Source: Microbacterium sp. (GTDB taxonomy: Bacteria; Actinomycetota; Actinomycetes; Actinomycetales; Microbacteriaceae). From it: a stretch of DNA of 64,000 bases. A program made the translations under genes and the position numbers. The stretch spans positions 5,193 to 69,192 of the forward strand of contig NZ_JBDIAB010000001.1 in the NCBI RefSeq assembly GCF_039812165.1, given 5' to 3'. Shown in pieces: positions 57,143-64,000 of this stretch; within the stretch, counting starts at the first letter, position 1, and each line of letters begins with the position of its first letter. A model generated the notes under the pieces. The model was given only the letters and a program-made list of their open reading frames with translations. It did no database searches and had not been told where the DNA came from.

Positions 57143-58370
57143 CACGGGGACCGCGCCCGCGGACCGCGCCGTCCGACGGCCCGCCGCGCTCGGCGTGCCG
57201 GGCGCCGAGACCTTCACGCGAGCGCGCGTGGAGCGCATCGTCGTGCTCGCCGTCGGAGTGGGCTGCTCGGCGCTCGGGGCGCAGGCGTTCTTCAATGCGC
57301 TCGCCTCCGTCCAAGAGCACCCGGGCTGGCACATGGCGCTGCTGCTGGCGGTGTTCGTGCCGCTCGGGCTCATGATCGCCTCGTGCGTCGCCGGCATCCA
57401 GGCGCGCGTCTTCTCCGCGATCTTCGCGATCGTGTACCCCGTCGCGCTGCTGGCCTGGCCGGTCGCGACCGCCGGACGCGAGGCGTACTCGGCCGGCCCG
57501 CCGTGGGTCTGGTACCTGATCAACGTCGCGACCGTCGCCGCCGTGGTGGCCTTCCCGCTGCTGCTGCAGCTGCTGTGGGCGGCGCTGGTGCCGGTCATGT
57601 ACGGCGTCGTGCGGCTCGTGCAGGTCGGCTTCACCGACGACAACCTGGTGCGCGTGGGCCTGGACGTCATGTTCGCGCTGATCCTCGCGTACGTCCTGCT
57701 GACGATCGCGTGGATGCTGCGCTCGGTCTCGGTCGGCATCGACGACGCGCGCGCGGTCGCGGTGCGCTCCTACGCCGAGGCCGCCACCGCGGACGCGGTG
57801 GAGAAGGAGCGGGTGGCGGTGGCCGCGCTCATGCACGACAGCGTGCTGGCCGCCCTCATCGCCGCCGAGCGCGCGACGACGCCGCGTGAGCGCGCCCTCG
57901 CGGTCTCGATGGCGCGCGAGGCGCTCACGCGGCTCGCGAACGCCGACCGCGACTCCGGCGAGGGATCTGACGCGCCGGTCTCGCCGGCATCCGTCGCCGA
58001 CGGCCTCGACTCCGCCGCCGCCGAGTTCCGTGTGCACGTCACGGCCGAGCGGGCGATCGCCGACCACGCGCCCTCGGTGCCGGGACGGGCCGCGACGGCC
58101 CTCGTGCTCGCCGCCACGCAGGCGATCGCGAACGCGGTGCAGCACGCGGGCGCCGCGGGCCTGCACGTGCGCGTGGAGGGCACCGACCGGGGCGTCACGA
58201 TCCGCGTCAGCGACACCGGCGAGGGGTTCGACCCCGACGACATGGCGGACGACCGGCTGGGCATCCGCGCGTCGATCTTCGCCCGCATGGCCGCCGTCGC
58301 GGGACGCGCCGAGATCGACAGCGGGGACCACGGCACGGTCGTCACGCTGAGCTGGGAGCATCCGCGATGA
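57132..58370 (+). CDS. Membrane sensor histidine kinase
   Basis: About six TMs, H-box LMHDSVL, N-box ANAVQHA, G1 DTGEGF, G2 LGIR. Confidence 0.88.
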   Translation: MIADTGTAPADRAVRRPAALGVPGAETFTRARVERIVVLAVGVGCSALGAQAFFNALASVQEHPGWHMALLLAVFVPLGLMIASCVAGIQARVFSAIFAIVYPVALLAWPVATAGREAYSAGPPWVWYLINVATVAAVVAFPLLLQLLWAALVPVMYGVVRLVQVGFTDDNLVRVGLDVMFALILAYVLLTIAWMLRSVSVGIDDARAVAVRSYAEAATADAVEKERVAVAALMHDSVLAALIAAERATTPRERALAVSMAREALTRLANADRDSGEGSDAPVSPASVADGLDSAAAEFRVHVTAERAIADHAPSVPGRAATALVLAATQAIANAVQHAGAAGLHVRVEGTDRGVTIRVSDTGEGFDPDDMADDRLGIRASIFARMAAVAGRAEIDSGDHGTVVTLSWEHPR

Positions 58371-59413
58371 CGCTGTCGGTGCGCACCGTCCTCTCCGTGC
58401 TCGGCGTCGCGTTCACGGCCTACCTCGCGGTGGGCGGGCTCGCCTGGCGGCCCGTGCCGCACCCGCTGCTGCTCATCGCCATGCTCGCCATCTATCTCGT
58501 GACGACGTGGCTGTGCATCTTCTGGCCCGCCCGGCAGGCCGCGCCGGATGCCACGGCCGTCCTCACCGCGGGGCTCAGTCGCCGCTTCGTCCTGCCCGGC
58601 TGGGCCGCGGCGGTGGCGCTCGCCGTCGCCGCCGTCGTCCCGAGCGTGACGTGGTACGCCGCCGGCCCGGAGTCGCGGCTGGAGTCGTTCGCGACCTGGA
58701 GCCTGGGCGGCCTCGCGGCCCTCATGGCGATCGTCATGGTGCGCCGCCGCCCCTGGGTCGCATGGACCGGGGTCGTGCTGCTGACCGCCGCCGCGACCAT
58801 CTGGATCGGCCTCCTCGACGCGCTCACCCTCGGCGCCGTCGGCGCGGTCGTGTGGGTGGGCGTCGCCCAGCTGCTCACGTGGCTCGTCGACCGCGCGGCA
58901 CGCGACACGGCCGAGCTGACCGAGGTGCAGCGGCACGCGTCGGAGTGGCTGGCGTCGCAGGAGGGCCGTCGCCGCGAGCGCCGCGTGCAGGTGTGGCGCG
59001 CGCTCACCGTCGCGGGACCGGTGCTGACGCGCACGATCGAGACGGGCGGACAGCTGGACGACGACGAGCGGATGCGGGCGCGCCTCGCGGAGGGGAGCCT
59101 CCGCGACGAGCTGCGCGGACGGGGCCTGCTCGACGACGACGTCCGCCGCCGGCTCGAGGCGGCCCGCCGCCGCGGCGCGAGCGTCACGGTGCTCGACGAG
59201 GGCGGCCTCGACGGGCTGGACGAGCGCGGGCTGCAGACCATCCGCGCCGAGCTCGCCGGGATCCTCGACCAGGCGCACTCCGACCGCCTCTACATCCGCA
59301 CGTCGCCGCACGACGGCATCGCGGTGACCGTCGTGGGGCGTTCGCGCAGCGCCGACGACGCCGAGGAGAGCGTCGACCTCTGGCACGAGATCGCGCAGCC
59401 CCCGCACGCGTAG
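58367..59413 (+). CDS. Membrane protein resembling a degenerate sensor kinase
   Basis: Five to six TMs, coiled coil, LRDELRG, no H-box and no ATP-lid motifs; ATGA coupling to the kinase. Confidence 0.7.
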   Translation: MTLSVRTVLSVLGVAFTAYLAVGGLAWRPVPHPLLLIAMLAIYLVTTWLCIFWPARQAAPDATAVLTAGLSRRFVLPGWAAAVALAVAAVVPSVTWYAAGPESRLESFATWSLGGLAALMAIVMVRRRPWVAWTGVVLLTAAATIWIGLLDALTLGAVGAVVWVGVAQLLTWLVDRAARDTAELTEVQRHASEWLASQEGRRRERRVQVWRALTVAGPVLTRTIETGGQLDDDERMRARLAEGSLRDELRGRGLLDDDVRRRLEAARRRGASVTVLDEGGLDGLDERGLQTIRAELAGILDQAHSDRLYIRTSPHDGIAVTVVGRSRSADDAEESVDLWHEIAQPPHA

Positions 59414-59607
59414 CGTCGCGCCGGACGGTCGTCGCGGCACGGGCGCGGGCGACCGCATCCCTGTCGGACGGATGCAGGGCCGTCGTCTCGCCTCCGCCGT
59501 CCGCACCGCGTTCGCGCGGGCGCGTCACGCCGCGTTCGACCGGCGCAGGAGGCGATCCGTGATGCCGTGACGCGCGTCATCGCCGGCCCAGGAGAGGGGC
59601 TGGATGA

Positions 59608-59780
59608 GGCGAGGGGCGGCGAAGCCGCCCGCCCCTCGCCATGCGAGCGGTTACCCGAAAACCGACTCGCGGGCCGGCCCGACCTGAGAAGAGGCGGGCC
59701 AACCGAACGCAGCAGCGTTCCAGCACTTCTAGATTGCCAGCCCGCGAAGAATTCGTCTGTAGGTATTTCGGGGGACAGAT
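59608..59780. ncRNA. Candidate small RNA: three adjacent hairpins plus an AT-rich promoter-like tract
   Basis: Stems at 59608-59640, 59643-59670 (loop ACCCGAA) and 59676-59700; AT-rich 59720-59775. Confidence 0.35.
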
Positions 59781-59804
59781 CCGCGGCCGCCGTCCGGCCT
59801 CCGG

Positions 59805-60059
59805 TCAGCCGCCGAACCGGCCCCAGCCGAGCTCGCGACGCAGCGGCGTGCGCAGGCCCCGCGCCGACAGCTCCCAGCCGGTGCGTCGCGGCCGGTCGTC
59901 GGCGACGGCGGTGGCCGCCTCGCGCGCGTACGACTCGGTCACGACGGCCACGATCGCCGCGAGCTCCTCGGGCGTCGGCGAGCCGCGCAGCACGTCGATG
60001 TGCAGCGGCTTGTCGGCGAGGTCGCCGGAGCGGTCCTCGGCAGCGTTGCCCGGGGTCAT
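59805..60059 (-). CDS. accE: Acyl-CoA carboxylase epsilon subunit
   Basis: [17 protein letters not shown]...W; coupled to the beta subunit gene. Confidence 0.85.
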   Translation of the reverse strand: MTPGNAAEDRSGDLADKPLHIDVLRGSPTPEELAAIVAVVTESYAREAATAVADDRPRRTGWELSARGLRTPLRRELGWGRFGG

Positions 60060-61645
60060 AGCGGGATGTTACCGTGCTTCTTCGCGGGCATGCTCGCGCG
60101 CTTGCCGCGCAGCGCCCGGAGCGCCTTCGCGACGTACACGCGGGTCTGCGCGGGCTCGATGATGGCGTCGAGCTCGCCGCGCTCGGCGGCCAGGAACGGC
60201 GACGCCACGTTGTAGGTGTACTCGTTCGCGAGACGGGTGCGCACCGCCGCGACGTCCTCGCCGGCCTCCTCGGCCTTGCGGATCTCGCCGCGGTACAGGA
60301 TGTTCACCGCGCCCTGACCGCCCATGACCGCGATCTCGGCGGTCGGCCACGCGAGGTTGACGTCGGCGCCGAGCTGCTTCGAGCCCATCACGATGTACGC
60401 GCCGCCGTAGGCCTTGCGCAGGATCACGGTCACCAGCGGCACGGTCGCCTCCGCGTACGCGTACAGCAGCTTCGCGCCGCGGCGGATGACGCCGGTCCAC
60501 TCCTGGTCGGTGCCGGGCAGGTAGCCGGGCACGTCGACGAGCGTGAGGATCGGGATCGAGAACGCGTCGCAGAAGCGCACGAAGCGGCTGGCCTTCTCGC
60601 CGGCCTCGATGTTGAGGGTGCCGGCCATCTGCGACGGCTGGTTCGCGATGATGCCGACGGTGCGGCCTTCGACGCGGCCGAAGCCGATCACGATGTTCGG
60701 CGCGAACAGCGGCTGCACCTCGAGGAAGTCGGCGCTGTCGACGATGTGCCCGATCACCTGGTGGATGTCGTAGGGCTGGTTCGGCGAGTCGGGGATGATC
60801 GTGTTCAGGAACTTGTCGGCATCCGTCGTCTCCCACTCGAACTCGTGCTCGTAGTCGGGGAGCTCGGCCATGTTGTTGTCGGGGAGGAAGCCCAGGAGCG
60901 ATCGCACGTAGTCGATCGCGTCGTCCTCGTCCTCGGCCAGGTAGTGCGCGACGCCCGAGCGCGTGTTGTGCGTGTAGGCGCCGCCGAGCTCCTCCATGCC
61001 GACGTCCTCGCCGGTGACCGTCTTGATGACGTCGGGGCCGGTGACGAACATCTGGCTCGTCTTGTCGACCATGACGACGAAGTCGGTGAGGGCGGGGGAG
61101 TAGACCGCGCCGCCGGCCGCGGGGCCCATGATGATCGAGATCTGGGGGATGACGCCGGATGCGGCGGTGTTCAGGCGGAAGATCTCGCCGTACTTGCCGA
61201 GGGCCACGACGCCCTCCTGGATGCGCGCTCCGCCGGAGTCGAGGATGCCCACGCACGGCATGCCGTTGCGCATCGCGAACTCCATGATCTTGATGATCTT
61301 CTCGCCGGCCACCTCGCCGAGCGAGCCGCCGAACGTCGTGAAGTCCTGCGCGTAGATGCAGACGACGCGGCCGTGGATGCGGCCGACGCCGGTGACGACC
61401 GAGTCGCCGTAGGGGCGCGCGCGATCCATGCCGAACGCGGCGGTGCGGTGGCGCACGTACTCGTCGAGCTCGACGAACGAGCCCGGGTCGACGAGCATGT
61501 CGACGCGCTCGCGTGCGGTGAGCTTGCCCTTCGCGTGCTGCTTCTGCTGCGCCTTCTTCTCGGCGTCGACGACCGCCTCCTGGTAGCGCGCGCGGAGGTC
61601 GGCGATCTTGCCGGCTGTCGTTGAGAGGTCGGGCTGGTCCGTCAC
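60056..61645 (-). CDS. pccB: Acyl/propionyl-CoA carboxylase beta subunit
   Basis: [43 protein letters not shown]. Confidence 0.94.
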   Translation of the reverse strand: MTDQPDLSTTAGKIADLRARYQEAVVDAEKKAQQKQHAKGKLTARERVDMLVDPGSFVELDEYVRHRTAAFGMDRARPYGDSVVTGVGRIHGRVVCIYAQDFTTFGGSLGEVAGEKIIKIMEFAMRNGMPCVGILDSGGARIQEGVVALGKYGEIFRLNTAASGVIPQISIIMGPAAGGAVYSPALTDFVVMVDKTSQMFVTGPDVIKTVTGEDVGMEELGGAYTHNTRSGVAHYLAEDEDDAIDYVRSLLGFLPDNNMAELPDYEHEFEWETTDADKFLNTIIPDSPNQPYDIHQVIGHIVDSADFLEVQPLFAPNIVIGFGRVEGRTVGIIANQPSQMAGTLNIEAGEKASRFVRFCDAFSIPILTLVDVPGYLPGTDQEWTGVIRRGAKLLYAYAEATVPLVTVILRKAYGGAYIVMGSKQLGADVNLAWPTAEIAVMGGQGAVNILYRGEIRKAEEAGEDVAAVRTRLANEYTYNVASPFLAAERGELDAIIEPAQTRVYVAKALRALRGKRASMPAKKHGNIPL

Positions 61646-61782
61646 GGGTTCCACCCTAGCGAGCGACTCCGCGCAGGCGGTGGCGACCCGCGACAACGGA
61701 ACACGGCATCCGCTGTCGGCTTCCACGGGGTCGCGGGCCGTCCGGGATGCCGTGCGGTCGGGCCGCGCGTATCGTGGCGGGC

Positions 61783-62565
61783 ATGTCGATTCCATCGGAG
61801 GGGTACCCCGAGGCGGCCGCGGTCAGCCCTCGCCTGCACGTCGTCGAGACCACCGACTCGACCAATGCGCTGCTGCTGCGCGCCGTCGCCGACGCGCCGG
61901 ACGAGCACCCGCACCTGTCGGTCGTGCTCACGCGCGACCAGCGCGCCGGACGCGGGCGGCTCGATCGCACGTGGGTCGCACCGCCCGACACCGCGCTCGC
62001 GATCTCGGTGCTGCTGCGCGCGGGCGCCGTGCCGATGCACGCGCGCGGCTGGATCCCGCTCGCGGCCGGAGCGGCCATGTGCCGCGCGCTGCGCACGCAG
62101 CTGGGCGCGCACGACGTCGTCCTCAAGTGGCCGAACGACGTGCTGGTCGACGGCCGCAAGATCTGCGGCATCCTCGCCGAGGTCGCCCCGGGCGACCCGC
62201 AGGCGGTCGTCGTCGGCGCGGGGGTCAACACTGCGATGCCGGCCGCCGAGCTGCCCGTGCCCACCGCGACCTCGTTCGCCGCGCTCGGCGAGACCGCCGA
62301 CGAGGACCGCCTGCTCGCGGACTACCTCACCGGCCTGCGCGACCGCGTCGCCGCGCTCGCCGTCGCCGACGGCGCGGCGGACGGCCTGCGCGACGAGGTC
62401 GCCGAGCTCTGCGCCACGATCGGCGCCGAGGTCTCGGTGGCCCTTCCCGGCGGCGGCGCGCTGGAGGGCCGGGCCGTCGGCCTCGACGCCGACGGACGGC
62501 TCGTCGTCGAGTCGCTCGGGGTCGAGACCGCAGTGGGGGCAGGGGACGTCGTCCACGTGCGCTGA
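61783..62565 (+). CDS. birA: Biotin--[acetyl-CoA-carboxylase] ligase
   Basis: [37 protein letters not shown]. Confidence 0.94.
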   Translation: MSIPSEGYPEAAAVSPRLHVVETTDSTNALLLRAVADAPDEHPHLSVVLTRDQRAGRGRLDRTWVAPPDTALAISVLLRAGAVPMHARGWIPLAAGAAMCRALRTQLGAHDVVLKWPNDVLVDGRKICGILAEVAPGDPQAVVVGAGVNTAMPAAELPVPTATSFAALGETADEDRLLADYLTGLRDRVAALAVADGAADGLRDEVAELCATIGAEVSVALPGGGALEGRAVGLDADGRLVVESLGVETAVGAGDVVHVR

Positions 62566-62616
62566 TCCGGGCGCGCCGGGGCCGCGCACGCCGTCCCGGC
62601 GCGTCACAATGGAGGG

Positions 62617-63192
62617 GTGACCCAGCCGACCGCGTACATCGGGCGTCCGCTCACCCCCGCTCCGGGGGCCGCCACGGGCGAGCTACGGGTCGCGCGCTTC
62701 CGCCCGCACGCGCGGCGTCTGCTGTGGTCGGCGCTCCTCCTCATCGCCGTGTCGGGGGCGGTCGGCTACCTCACCGGCAACCTGCCCGCCCCGTTCGCCG
62801 ACTGGATGCTGTGGGCCGCGGCGACCGTCGTCGTGCTGCTCCTCGTCGTCATCCCGTACCTGCGCTGGGCCGCGCACACCTACACGATCACGACGCGCCG
62901 CATCATCGAGCAGCGCGGGCTGGTCGCGCGGCACCAGTCGGAGCTCAGTCACGTCCGCGGCTACACGATCGCCGAGCGCCGCGGACCGCTGCAGCGGATG
63001 TGGGGCTGCGGCACGCTCACCCTCTCGAACGGCGTCGACGCGCCGCTGCGGCTGGTCGACATCCCCCTCGTGACGCTCGTGCACGAGGTGCTCGCGGACC
63101 AGGTCGAGGTGAGCCAGATCATCGCGCACCGGGACTCGCAGAGCATCCCGCGCCTGCCCGAAGGCCCCACCCCCGGTCAGCCCGCCTCCTGA
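62617..63192 (+). CDS. Bacterial PH-domain membrane protein
   Basis: Two TMs, YTITTRR, LQRMWGCGTL; birA-PH-purK order typical of actinobacteria. Confidence 0.8.
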   Translation: MTQPTAYIGRPLTPAPGAATGELRVARFRPHARRLLWSALLLIAVSGAVGYLTGNLPAPFADWMLWAAATVVVLLLVVIPYLRWAAHTYTITTRRIIEQRGLVARHQSELSHVRGYTIAERRGPLQRMWGCGTLTLSNGVDAPLRLVDIPLVTLVHEVLADQVEVSQIIAHRDSQSIPRLPEGPTPGQPAS

Positions 63193-63243
63193 CGCCGGTC
63201 GCCCCCGGCGTGGGCGAAGATGGGTGAGGACGGAAGGAGCGCG

Positions 63244-64000
63244 ATGTCGCTGAAGGTGGGAGTCGTCGGCGGAGGGCAGCTGGCGCGCATGATGATCGCC
63301 CCGGCGGTCGAGATCGGCATCGAGCTGCGCGTGCTGGCCGAGGAGCCCGGCATGGCGGCGGCCCTCGCCGCCACCGCGGTGGGCGACTACCGCGACGCCG
63401 AGACGGTCCTCGCGTTCGCGCGCGACGTCGACGTCGTCACCTTCGACCACGAGCACGTGCCGCAGGACGTCCTCGCCGCGCTCGTCGACGCCGGCGTCGC
63501 CGTGCACCCCGGGCCCGCGGCGCTGGCCTTCGCGCAGGACAAGCTGCGCATGCGTGCGCGGCTGGAGGAGCTCGGGATGCCGCAGCCGGAGTGGGCGGCC
63601 GTCGCCGACGCCGCGCAGCTGCAGGCCTTCGTCGACGCCCACGGCGGCCGCGCCGTCGTGAAGACGCCGCGCGGCGGCTACGACGGCAAGGGCGTGCGCG
63701 TCGTCGCCGACGCCGGCGAGGCCGCCGACTGGCTGGCCGCGCTCTCCGGCGACGGGCGGCTGCTCGTCGAGGAGCTCGTCGACTTCACGCGCGAGCTCGC
63801 GCAGCAGGTCGCCCGTCGGCCCTCCGGAGAGCTGCGCCCCTACCCGGTCGTGGAGACGGTGCAGCGCGACGGCGTGTGCGCCGAGGTGATCGCGCCCGCA
63901 CCGCACGCGAGCGAGCGGCTCGTCGCGGTCGCCGCCGAGATCGGCGTCGGCATCGCGGAGGGCCTGGGCGTGACCGGGATGCTGGCGGTCGAGCTGTTCG
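63244..64000 (+). CDS. purK: N5-carboxyaminoimidazole ribonucleotide synthase (partial, runs off the window end)
   Basis: VGVVGGGQLARM, VTFDHEHV, AQDKL, KTPRGGYDGKG; GAAGGAG RBS. Confidence 0.95.
   Translation, partial: MSLKVGVVGGGQLARMMIAPAVEIGIELRVLAEEPGMAAALAATAVGDYRDAETVLAFARDVDVVTFDHEHVPQDVLAALVDAGVAVHPGPAALAFAQDKLRMRARLEELGMPQPEWAAVADAAQLQAFVDAHGGRAVVKTPRGGYDGKGVRVVADAGEAADWLAALSGDGRLLVEELVDFTRELAQQVARRPSGELRPYPVVETVQRDGVCAEVIAPAPHASERLVAVAAEIGVGIAEGLGVTGMLAVELF

Overview
Very GC-rich (about 72-74% by eye) actinobacterial chromosome segment. Gene content and order suggest Microbacteriaceae, probably Microbacterium. Most of it is housekeeping: the riboflavin operon ribD-ribE-ribBA-ribH with an FMN riboswitch, glpD-glpK, an Fpg/Nei glycosylase, trpS, xthA, two tandem YihY genes, sdhCDAB, manC, a BMP-type nucleoside ABC transporter with cdd-deoA-add, a mannitol PTS region with ptsH/ptsI, punA, lpdA, acyl-CoA carboxylase subunits, maf, a TrmA-like methyltransferase, a two-component triad, birA and partial purK. 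Accessory pieces are a VapBC-type toxin-antitoxin pair, a GH32+LacI cassette, a LAL/LuxR-lipoprotein-hydrolase islet and an AbiEi/DUF559-type nuclease gene. The most striking observations are: (1) the DUF559-type gene is bracketed on both sides by REPIN-like inverted-repeat doublets with the same 13-bp arm and an identical 43-bp spacing, and several other orphan intergenic repeat families occur in the window, suggesting a RAYT/REP-like system run by a different nuclease family; (2) the heptamer GGATGCC/GGCATCC occurs about 95 times by manual count and appears to bend synonymous codon choice; (3) a structured leader RNA candidate precedes a lytic transglycosylase; (4) a membrane-anchored EIIB with no EIIC is paired with a duplicate EIIA; (5) the GH32 lacks its catalytic nucleophile Asp; (6) a three-hairpin sRNA candidate lies next to the two-component system. 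No rRNA, tRNA, CRISPR array or transposase was recognised. All protein calls come from motif recognition, without database searches.
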